64,000 nucleotides of DNA from assembly GCA_030681135.1 (NCBI GenBank), contig JAUXXF010000004.1:699-64698 (forward strand). The letters are read 5' to 3'. This DNA is from Chlamydiales bacterium (GTDB lineage: Bacteria > Chlamydiota > Chlamydiia > Chlamydiales > SM23-39). Positions 1-7,026 of this stretch are shown here, in pieces; within the stretch, counting starts at the first letter, position 1, and the number at the start of each line of letters is the position of its first letter. The translations under genes were made by a program, and so were the position numbers. Under the pieces are notes generated by a model. That model made no database searches. It was not told the DNA's origin and worked only from the letters and a program-made list of their open reading frames with translations.

Positions 1-173
1 AAGGGACCTTAATAGATATCTTCGATTTCGAGGAAGTGGTTTTTCGCCCTACGGAATATTTTTGTTCTCGATACTCCTGCATGGACAGATCAGGCGATGA
101 TTAAAGATTAAGTTTTTTGAGCGTTGTTGCATGATTAAAAAAAATTACCATGGAGATGGTTCACCACAGTGGC

Positions 174-219
174 GGGGCCGCACCCCATTTGATTTTATTC
201 AAATATGGGGCGCGGGGCC
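174..219. other. GC-rich imperfect hairpin in a convergent intergenic spacer (possible bidirectional terminator or repeat module)
   Basis: ccgcaccccat (178-188) pairs with atggggcgcgg (205-215) with one mismatch, extended by ttga/tcaa. It lies between a short + strand open frame ending ~104 and the - strand ORF ending at 250. There is no clean T-tract. Confidence 0.3.
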
Positions 220-249
220 TGGATTCCTTAAGGTACTTTTTGAATAAAG

Positions 250-531
250 TTATGCTGGGAAAAAATTGCTACGTTTGAGTGCAAAGCAAAGTAGAGCCAA
301 AGCGCCAATTGCTATAGTTACAGCCCCAATGGTTATAGCAGCAGGAGTTCCTGCAACAATGGTTGATGTCAAGGCGCTAGCCCCTAGGATGTTGGCAACG
401 GAATTAGCCAGAATCGCTAAGGCAATAGCTGCGGTAGCCACTACTATCGCGTTTGCAGCGATGTTGGCAAGGGGAGAAAGTACATCATAAGGTTTTTGTT
501 CAAAAAATTTAATAGGAAAAGACATGCTCAA
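250..531 (-). CDS. small Ala/Ile/Gly-rich hydrophobic membrane protein (Inc-like candidate), 93 aa
   Basis: ATG is preceded by GGAG (RC of 532-545). About 70 of 93 residues form continuous hydrophobic stretches (IAANAIVVATAAIALAILANSVANILGASAL...ITIGAVTIAIGALALLCFAL). The mirror + strand ORF 266..490 lacks an RBS. Confidence 0.5.
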   Translation of the reverse strand: MSMSFPIKFFEQKPYDVLSPLANIAANAIVVATAAIALAILANSVANILGASALTSTIVAGTPAAITIGAVTIAIGALALLCFALKRSNFFPA

Positions 532-591
532 ACTCCGTTTTGGTTTTTTTGTTGCATGATCTTATAGTTAACTTTCAAAAAAAGCAACTCT

Positions 592-1446
592 CTAAAATTT
601 TTTCGTGTATCGATGACAATAAGGCTCTTCGCCATTTTTTCTATAATGCTGCTGATGATATTCTTCGGCTGGATAAAAAATGGTGGCAGGCTTAAGCTCT
701 GTAGCTACACGAAAGCCCTGCTTTTCAAGGAGTCTGATGAGATCCTCAGCAATGTGCTTTTGTTCTAGAGTGAGGGTAAAAATAGCAGAGCGGTATTGCG
801 GGCCAATATCTGGACCTTGACCATTCGTTTGCGTAGGATCATGAATTTCAAAAAACCGTTTCGCAACGGTTTCGTAATTGATTTTGGAAGGATCAAAAAC
901 GACTTCGACGGCTTCAGCATGTCCTGTTTTCCCAGAGCAAACTTCTTCATACGTGGGACCTGCGACAGTGCCTCCAATATACCCTGAGGTGACTCGAATG
1001 ACTCCTGGAAGCTTTTGCAGATAATATTCGACTCCCCAAAAACATCCTCCGGCAAAAATCGCCCGCTCGTAGCCTTCTTCTGTGAGCGCTTGTACAAAGA
1101 GCATGGAAAGGCTGTTTACACAATGCCTTTCATTTTTGGGAGTGAAGCTCTCTCCTAGAAATACATGGCCAAGATGCGCGCCGCAAGAGTGGCATAGGAT
1201 TTCAGTTCTTTGGCCATCTGCGTCAGGCCGCCGGTCGATAGCATCGGGGAGTTCGTCATCGAAACTAGGCCAGCCGCAATGAGAAGAAAATTTGGCAGAA
1301 GAAAGGTAAAGAGGCGATCCACATTGCTTGCACACATACACGCCCGGGCTAGTTACGTCGCAATACTCTCCGCTATGAGGAGGTTCAGTTCCTCTATGGT
1401 GAATGATTAAGTCTTCTTCCGCGGTAAGTCTTCGGTATCGCTTCAT
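592..1446 (-). CDS. msrAB: bifunctional peptide-methionine sulfoxide reductase, MsrB domain N-terminal and MsrA domain C-terminal
   Basis: MsrB zinc CxxC pairs ([20 protein letters not shown]) and catalytic RHCVNS are followed by the MsrA GGCFWGVE motif. Length 284 aa. Confidence 0.9.
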   Translation of the reverse strand: MKRYRRLTAEEDLIIHHRGTEPPHSGEYCDVTSPGVYVCKQCGSPLYLSSAKFSSHCGWPSFDDELPDAIDRRPDADGQRTEILCHSCGAHLGHVFLGESFTPKNERHCVNSLSMLFVQALTEEGYERAIFAGGCFWGVEYYLQKLPGVIRVTSGYIGGTVAGPTYEEVCSGKTGHAEAVEVVFDPSKINYETVAKRFFEIHDPTQTNGQGPDIGPQYRSAIFTLTLEQKHIAEDLIRLLEKQGFRVATELKPATIFYPAEEYHQQHYRKNGEEPYCHRYTKKF

Positions 1447-1712
1447 AGTTTTTTCTCTATCAAATCTAAAAATGTCTCTTTTTCCATGTGATGAATCATG
1501 AGCCGCTTATGTCTACTAGTAGAGCCTGAGACTAGTATAATTTGAGACTTTGCAATGTGCAGGGTTTTCGCTAAAAATTCAATCAGCAGTTCATTGGCTT
1601 TGCCTTTTTCAGGGACTGCTCTTAACCGAATTTTCAGCTCATCATTTTCCCAGCCTACAATCTCATTTTTTGAGGATTTCGGAGTTACTTTAACAGATAG
1701 TTCAAAGGTCAT
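1443..1712 (-). CDS. DUF167/YggU-family protein
   Basis: 89 aa. '[43 protein letters not shown]' matches the YggU/UPF0235 pattern. Its stop overlaps the msrAB start in an ATGA 4-nt overlap. Confidence 0.7.
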   Translation of the reverse strand: MTFELSVKVTPKSSKNEIVGWENDELKIRLRAVPEKGKANELLIEFLAKTLHIAKSQIILVSGSTSRHKRLMIHHMEKETFLDLIEKKL

Positions 1713-1895
1713 TTTTTGGATCTTGATTTTAGGGATCGTAAAACAATAACTTTTACACTTCTCGAGGGAAAATTCGATTCATCTCTCGACGATTGTCTCT
1801 CATAGGTATTGATGCAATATCTACTTCGAGAAAATTCTCAAGATCTGAATCGTTTTTCTCCTCGATAAGCATAAAATTTATTATTTCACGATCCC

Positions 1896-2207
1896 TTATT
1901 CTTCCGGCTCCCGGCAAAGGTGGCCATCATTATCACAACGTGTAATGGTTAGACTTCTTCCTGGTTCAAGTTTTATCAGAAATTCACCTTTGCCATCGAT
2001 CCTATAAGTCCTGTGGTTAGGAAATTTTATGATAAGCCCCCAGTTTGTGGACATGAATCCTTGAAAGGGATTTGGAAACATGCAGTCAGCTACTTGAGAT
2101 GTATCTGGCCTAAAATTTACCTGCAACTCTTTTCCCTCGATAGAGATTCCACAGTCATCGCAGTTTGAATATCTATATTGATAAACAGCGCCCCATTCTA
2201 TTGTCAT
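1896..2207 (-). CDS. hypothetical protein, 103 aa, Cys-containing
   Basis: Open frame only. An AGGAG-like RBS (aaggagata) lies upstream of the ATG. No recognisable motif. Confidence 0.4.
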   Translation of the reverse strand: MTIEWGAVYQYRYSNCDDCGISIEGKELQVNFRPDTSQVADCMFPNPFQGFMSTNWGLIIKFPNHRTYRIDGKGEFLIKLEPGRSLTITRCDNDGHLCREPEE

Positions 2208-2219
2208 AAATATCTCCTT

Positions 2220-2729
2220 TTAGGTGTTAATGGGTTTTCCTAGTCTCGCCAAAAGAAACCGGATGACTAGGATGGGGTGAGAGACTAAATACCAAACGAA
2301 CCTTGCATAGTTCACTTGAGAGAGTTTTTTGGAGACTGGAGGTCTTTGTTCATACGCGTCGGCAACCCAGTCTCTGTAAGGGGGAGGAATATGCTTAGGA
2401 AGTTTGTTTAAGGGGAAAAATTGCAAAGCTCTACACTCTGGATTGTCCAATAGATTTTCTTGGGATTTGATGGTGCATTCAAAGAGCTGAGTTTGTTTTG
2501 CAAGGCGATTGATGGGTGAATAGTCTCCCACTAAGCGATCAGCGCTAACAATAAAGCCGGTCTCTTCGTACATTTCTCTTTCTATGGCCTTTATTGGATC
2601 TTCTCCTGCTTCTACGCCGCCTCCGGGGAGAACCCAAACAGGGACGTCCCTTCTTTGAATAAGAAGAACTGAGGAGCGATCTTCAGAAAATAAAACTCCG
2701 GCAACACTGACTGTAGGCAGCCTGGTCAT
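2220..2729 (-). CDS. NUDIX hydrolase with C-terminal hydrophobic tail
   Basis: Nudix box 'GGGVEAGEDPIKAIEREMYEETG'. Start moved to the internal ATG (2729), which still overlaps the menC 3' end by 47 nt. The ORF-track start is 2786. Confidence 0.75.
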   Translation of the reverse strand: MTRLPTVSVAGVLFSEDRSSVLLIQRRDVPVWVLPGGGVEAGEDPIKAIEREMYEETGFIVSADRLVGDYSPINRLAKQTQLFECTIKSQENLLDNPECRALQFFPLNKLPKHIPPPYRDWVADAYEQRPPVSKKLSQVNYARFVWYLVSHPILVIRFLLARLGKPINT

Positions 2730-3657
2730 AACTGAAAATTCCTTGTGTAATCTGCAAAGAGCTTTGTTCTCGTTTTCTAAAGCCATGCGTCCCTATTCCT
2801 AGTTCTAAATGGATCGATAGGCGATGAGCCATTGAGGCAATGTGGGTGAGGCCGATATCGCTCTCAAAGCTGCTGCTTAAGATACATTGGATACGATTTT
2901 GCTCCAGCCACTGCTTTATACACAAACAAAAAGTTGTCATACCTCCCTGGATGGTCGGTTTATAAATCAGAGCTTTTAGAGTAGGGAGTGTCTCAAGTTG
3001 CTTTAAGGAGAGGTTGCCTGGGAAAGACTCATCGATGGCCAAAGGATGAGGAAATAAAGCTAGCTCTTCAGGGTTTTGAAAAGGCTCTTCGACATAATCA
3101 AAAGCATCTAGAGGGAACTGGGAGAAAAATCGAAGAGATTCTTGTGTGCTCCAGGCGCGATTGACATCGATGCGTAAGCGAAATGTATCTTTGAGCTCCA
3201 TGATGATAGCTTTTGCAATATCTAAGGGGAGATGACCCACTTTTAACTTCGCTGATGTATACCCTTCAGCATAGCTTTTTTCAGCTTGGCTTAAGATCTC
3301 ACGAGGTGTTCCCAGTAGAAGGGCGCTAACGGCTGCTTGATAGCCTGTCAACGGAGAAAGAAGGGAGAGGATCCCAGATTCTATGCCAAAGAGGACGGAG
3401 GGGAGTAATTGTAAGGCATGCAAGTTGTGTAAACAATTTTCCTCAGACCAGTTGATCGAACAGATTTCTTCTTTTTTTTGTTCAAGTTGCGCTTTAGCCT
3501 CTTCCAAGGTTTCTTTGCTCCAGTGTAGGAGGGGAGAGGCTTCACTCCAGGCTGTTTGACCTTCTCCATTGACCATTGTTAAAATGAGTCCTGAGCGAGT
3601 GAGACCATGGGTAAAATCGATTTGGTAGGGAGAAATAGTAAAATCAGAAATTTTCAT
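2683..3657 (-). CDS. menC: o-succinylbenzoate synthase (enolase superfamily)
   Basis: Start set at 'MKISDFTISPYQIDF', giving an ATGA overlap with the menH stop. The length (~324 aa), 'KLKVG', 'RIDVNRAW' and 'VEEP' blocks are typical of MenC. It is adjacent to menH. Confidence 0.7.
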   Translation of the reverse strand: MKISDFTISPYQIDFTHGLTRSGLILTMVNGEGQTAWSEASPLLHWSKETLEEAKAQLEQKKEEICSINWSEENCLHNLHALQLLPSVLFGIESGILSLLSPLTGYQAAVSALLLGTPREILSQAEKSYAEGYTSAKLKVGHLPLDIAKAIIMELKDTFRLRIDVNRAWSTQESLRFFSQFPLDAFDYVEEPFQNPEELALFPHPLAIDESFPGNLSLKQLETLPTLKALIYKPTIQGGMTTFCLCIKQWLEQNRIQCILSSSFESDIGLTHIASMAHRLSIHLELGIGTHGFRKREQSSLQITQGIFSYDQAAYSQCCRSFIF

Positions 3658-4412
3658 AATACTGTTTTCAACCAATGATGGACTTTTTCTTGGAACAGCT
3701 TTGGCTGATCCCAAGGAACCCGATGACCGCTTTGAGCTATGCATTCAAGTGAGGATAAAGGATGGGCAAAAGAAAGAGAGTGAGCGAGAGAGTTATAGGG
3801 TTCGTCTTTTTCTCCGTAAATCCACAAAATCGGAAAAGGCAAACGCGCAATTTCCTCTCTTAGATCTTGTCCTAGACCTAATGACCAAGCTCGTAAGACG
3901 TAAGCTAGAGTGTTTCTGTCGTAAGCCATTTCATGGCGGTTGATCGGTCTGCTAGTTACTAATACTTTTTGGTGGTTCCACTCCTCCAATAAATCATTCC
4001 AAGGCTTCGATAAAAACTTTTCTGCCCAAACTTGATCGTGCTCTATTCTTTTGAGCCTCTCTTGCTCGGAGCGAAGTCCAGGATGGCAAGAGATGAGGAT
4101 GGCAGCTTTCCATCTTGTCGGTTGTAAAAGAAGCGCATGCAAAGCTGCCCTTGCTCCTAAGGAATATCCCATAAGAAGAGAAGGATCAAAATGGTTAATA
4201 AATTGCATGGCCCAAGTTGTAAGAGAGCTGCCATGGCAGCTGGTAAATAGATCGACAGGGATGAGTGTATTTACGCCAAAATGCTCAGCTTTGAAAAAAT
4301 CCCAGTCTGACGTAGAGCCTAAAAACCCATGTAAAGCATATAATGTTGGCAAGTAGTTGCAAGTCTGGCTATTCATGAGAGCTAAAATATCCTTTTTTTC
4401 AATCCTTATCAA
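3654..4412 (-). CDS. menH: alpha/beta hydrolase, SHCHC synthase-like
   Basis: 'LHGFLGS' oxyanion block, nucleophile elbow 'GYSLGARAAL' and C-terminal 'SGHRVPWDQP'. It is translationally coupled to menC. The start could instead be the internal ATG at 4376. Confidence 0.7.
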   Translation of the reverse strand: MIRIEKKDILALMNSQTCNYLPTLYALHGFLGSTSDWDFFKAEHFGVNTLIPVDLFTSCHGSSLTTWAMQFINHFDPSLLMGYSLGARAALHALLLQPTRWKAAILISCHPGLRSEQERLKRIEHDQVWAEKFLSKPWNDLLEEWNHQKVLVTSRPINRHEMAYDRNTLAYVLRAWSLGLGQDLREEIARLPFPILWIYGEKDEPYNSLAHSLSFAHPLSSLECIAQSGHRVPWDQPKLFQEKVHHWLKTVL

Positions 4413-4902
4413 GATTGTCGTCTGTCTGTGTGTTGCCGGTTGCTACAAAAATCATCTCTACGTCCAGCAAGAGAAAGTAGATGTCAATTTTTTAGCGAGC
4501 TCTCATATAAAAACTCCCGATCCAAGGTTGGCTCATCCTCCAGAAGGAAGTCGTCTTTTGATCAGTTGGAATTTTCCTAGATGTCTGTTTGGCGAGCAAC
4601 TCACGTTTTTGGTTACTGTCCGTTTTTGGGACAATACGGAAAAAATATTGGTAAAAACGATTCATCGAAGAAGAGGATCGACTGCTTTTGATTTTTCTTA
4701 TCCAAGTGACTGTTTGCCTTTGCAAATCTTAACGTATAAAATTGATGTATTTACTGAAGAGGGAACTCTTATAGAAACGTGGAAACATCATTTTTGGGTA
4801 GAACTCATTGATTTACATCCAGACAAAACCGTCTCTGCCCAGCGAAGCCAATGTTCAGTTTCTTCCCAGCCTAAACAAGAATCTGTAATAGAGATGCCGT
4901 AG
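4375..4902 (+). CDS. putative lipoprotein
   Basis: From ATG 4375 the N-terminus is 'MRAKISFFSILIKIVVCLCVAGC', with a lipobox-like VAGC. The 3' end overlaps the convergent DAHP synthase gene by 115 nt, so the true C-terminus is uncertain. Confidence 0.45.
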   Translation: MRAKISFFSILIKIVVCLCVAGCYKNHLYVQQEKVDVNFLASSHIKTPDPRLAHPPEGSRLLISWNFPRCLFGEQLTFLVTVRFWDNTEKILVKTIHRRRGSTAFDFSYPSDCLPLQILTYKIDVFTEEGTLIETWKHHFWVELIDLHPDKTVSAQRSQCSVSSQPKQESVIEMP

Positions 4903-5840
4903 CGAAGGTTTTTTGGGTTTTTTGTGATTTGCTGTTTTCCCGCAAAGAGGTGGCTTTCAATCATGGTTCCTACAATAGGGCTATTTGGAGCTGCCGCTTG
5001 GAGAACAGCTGAAGTAAAAGCTATTTTTTGACATAGGGGTTGTTTTTTGCTATTACCATGTCCGCAGTCGATGAGGATGAGAGGGTTTAGCTCATGTTGT
5101 TGAAGCGCCTCTTTAGCAATACCTACTGAAGAGGGGTGGAAATTAGAGCCTTTGGTAGAGCCCCTTAAGACAATATGCGTCCAAGGGTTACCGCTTGTTT
5201 CCGCAGCGGAAATTTTTCCTTGAGCATCGATGCCTATATGACAGTGGGGATGTTTTGCGCTGAAAGCACCTGCAACAGCCGTATCGATATCGCCATGTAC
5301 GCTATTTTTAAACCCTACAGGGAAGGGAACTCCTGATGCTAGTTGCCTGTGTATGGGAGAGGCTGAGGTGCGAGCTCCTATGAATCCCCATGAAATCAGA
5401 TCTTCAAAATAGTTAAACACAAGAGGATCTAATAGCTCACAGGCGCAAGGCACTCCCAGCTCAGCCATATAGACAAGGAGTTTTCGAGAGCGTTTAATTC
5501 CTTCGATCATATCATAAGATCCATCTAAATGAGGATCGTAAAGCATCCCTTTCCAACCCAGTTTTGTTCTTGGTTTTTCAAGAAAAAAACGCATAACTAG
5601 AAATAAGGAGTGAGAAAGTTCGCAAGAGAGTTTTTGCAGGCGAAGAGCGTATTCGATTGCGGATGTTGGATCATGAATGGAACAAGGGCCTACAACGACA
5701 GCAAATAAAGGAAGTTTTCTTTCCAAAATAAGAGAGCTTTGTAACCTAGCATAAGTCAGGAAAGCTTCTCCCTTTGCGCTTAAGGGTATTTCTTCTCGTA
5801 TAGCTTGAGGAGAGGGAAGAGGGGTGTTTTTTATAAGCAT
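4788..5840 (-). CDS. 3-deoxy-7-phosphoheptulonate (DAHP) synthase, class I (AroF/G/H type)
   Basis: 350 aa. 'KPRTKLGWKGMLYDPHLDGS', 'IGARTSASPIHRQLASG' and 'ILIDCGHGNS' match class I DAHP synthases along the full length. Confidence 0.9.
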   Translation of the reverse strand: MLIKNTPLPSPQAIREEIPLSAKGEAFLTYARLQSSLILERKLPLFAVVVGPCSIHDPTSAIEYALRLQKLSCELSHSLFLVMRFFLEKPRTKLGWKGMLYDPHLDGSYDMIEGIKRSRKLLVYMAELGVPCACELLDPLVFNYFEDLISWGFIGARTSASPIHRQLASGVPFPVGFKNSVHGDIDTAVAGAFSAKHPHCHIGIDAQGKISAAETSGNPWTHIVLRGSTKGSNFHPSSVGIAKEALQQHELNPLILIDCGHGNSKKQPLCQKIAFTSAVLQAAAPNSPIVGTMIESHLFAGKQQITKNPKNLRYGISITDSCLGWEETEHWLRWAETVLSGCKSMSSTQK

Positions 5841-5901
5841 TATGCAGTTGATCGTAAAAAAATAGGAGATTCAAGACAACAAATGCTTTTTCTAGAATGT
5901 G

Positions 5902-5942
5902 AAAAACCTCATGCAATCAAACATGAGAATGATTGCATGAGG
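5902..5942 (-). terminator. rho-independent terminator downstream of the 5955..6221 ORF
   Basis: Perfect 13-bp stem (cctcatgcaatca 5907-5919 / tgattgcatgagg 5930-5942) with a 10-nt loop. On the - strand it is followed by TTTTT (5902-5906). Confidence 0.7.
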
Positions 5943-5954
5943 TACAGAACTAGA

Positions 5955-6221
5955 TTAAGGTGTAGGAGCTGCACAAGGGGCTGCGCATAGAATCATGCAC
6001 AGAGGGATCCCTCCATAAGTTCCGGCAGCACACATTCCTAAACAGGCTGCACAAGCTATTGGACCTGCTTCTGCAAACGACATTTGACTGCTAGCGACCA
6101 ATGCTATAGTAGGTAGAGCTACTAGAGCAATATTTCTCGCCATTTGACCTGGTGAAGCAAGTTGCAAACTAGGCATGTTGTTCGATACAAAATTATAAGT
6201 AGTTGTGATAGATGAGAACAT
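5955..6221 (-). CDS. small hydrophobic protein with Cys/Ala-rich C-terminal tail, 88 aa
   Basis: RBS aaggagg lies upstream of the ATG. The central segment 'IALVALPTIALVAS' is hydrophobic. The tail is 'GPIACAACLGMCAAGTYGGIPLCMILCAAPCAAPTP'. A terminator follows directly. Confidence 0.55.
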   Translation of the reverse strand: MFSSITTTYNFVSNNMPSLQLASPGQMARNIALVALPTIALVASSQMSFAEAGPIACAACLGMCAAGTYGGIPLCMILCAAPCAAPTP

Positions 6222-6366
6222 CTGAAAACCTCCTTGTATTTTAGGTTAACAAAGGATACTAAAGAATTTACATAAATATTGCAAAGTGAAAATTTTGCTC
6301 GTTGAAAAAATGTTCATTTGAGATATCGTTTCGGGTATATAACCTTTTCTTAGGAGCCCAGAAACA

Positions 6367-7026
6367 ATGCATCTTGAATTGTTGCCTCTAGTCACTAAAG
6401 CGAAAGCAATATGTTTTGATCATAATGACACGCTTGTAGAGGCTGTGAAAGCTGAGTGGGCTCAGCATAAGTACATCGCCCGTAAATTTTATGGAAAAAA
6501 GCTAACTGATGTAGAGTTGCGCTTTCATTGGGGAAAACCTTTTACTTCGTTACTGACTTTTTTATATGAAACGACTCATATTGATATGGCTATGTCTTAC
6601 AATATTGCGACGAAAAATCGATTCCCTAAAACCATTTTTCGCGATACGTTGGCTACATTGAAGTTTTTTCGGAAAGAGAAAAAAAAGATAGGGCTTGTCA
6701 CTGCTACTTCTCTTCATGGCTTGCGATGTGATTTTCAGCAATGCGGTATTCCAGAAAATTATTTCGACTATATACAAACAGAAGATGACACTGTATTTCA
6801 TAAGCCAGATCCTCGTGTTTTTGAGCCTACTCTAAAGTGGCTTGCAGAAAATCATATAGAGCCTTTTGAAGTTGTCTATGTAGGAGATCATCTGAAAGAC
6901 GCAGAGGCTGCAATAACGGCGGGATTTCAGTTTGTAGGAGTGACCACTGGCATTACTCCAGCAGAAGAGTTCTCCAAGAGAGGAATTCCGTGTGTTCCTC
7001 AATTATCTGATTTATATTCACAATAG
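6367..7026 (+). CDS. HAD-superfamily hydrolase
   Basis: Motif I 'ICFDHNDTLV' (the second Asp position is Asn), motif II 'LVTATS' and motif IV 'VGDHLKDAEAA'. Length 219 aa. Confidence 0.7.
   Translation: MHLELLPLVTKAKAICFDHNDTLVEAVKAEWAQHKYIARKFYGKKLTDVELRFHWGKPFTSLLTFLYETTHIDMAMSYNIATKNRFPKTIFRDTLATLKFFRKEKKKIGLVTATSLHGLRCDFQQCGIPENYFDYIQTEDDTVFHKPDPRVFEPTLKWLAENHIEPFEVVYVGDHLKDAEAAITAGFQFVGVTTGITPAEEFSKRGIPCVPQLSDLYSQ

Noticed and set aside
1-104. An open frame running off the 5' edge and ending at ~104 (…IDIFDFEEVVFRPTEYFCSRYSCMDRSGDD).
   Set aside because: Only 34 codons are visible and there is no recognisable motif, so I cannot support a call.
1752-1871. 39-codon acidic ORF on the - strand (MLIEEKNDSDLENFLEVDIASIPMRDNRREMNRIFPREV) in the spacer between the DUF167 gene and the 1896..2207 ORF.
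   Set aside because: Too short, with no RBS or motif that I can recognise. It cannot be distinguished from chance.
3658-3744. N-terminal 29-codon extension of menC in the ORF track.
   Set aside because: It overlaps the menH 3' end. The ATG at 3657 gives the typical ATGA stop/start coupling and a normal MenC length.
4788-4902. 115-nt convergent overlap between the DAHP synthase gene and the putative lipoprotein gene (also a 74-nt convergent overlap of folC and the methyltransferase at 47800-47873).
   Set aside because: The DAHP synthase aligns to its family right up to its stop. The overlaps are most simply explained by read-through of the less certain partner ORF past its functional end, or by tolerated 3' overlaps. 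I see no evidence of a special mechanism.
6367-7026. HAD hydrolase motif I reads D-H-N-D-T (Asn at the Asp+2 general acid/base position), possibly a non-phosphatase HAD.
   Set aside because: A single-position deviation read by eye. The register of motif I could shift (DxxD), and many HAD subfamilies vary here. It is not strong enough to report as a finding.
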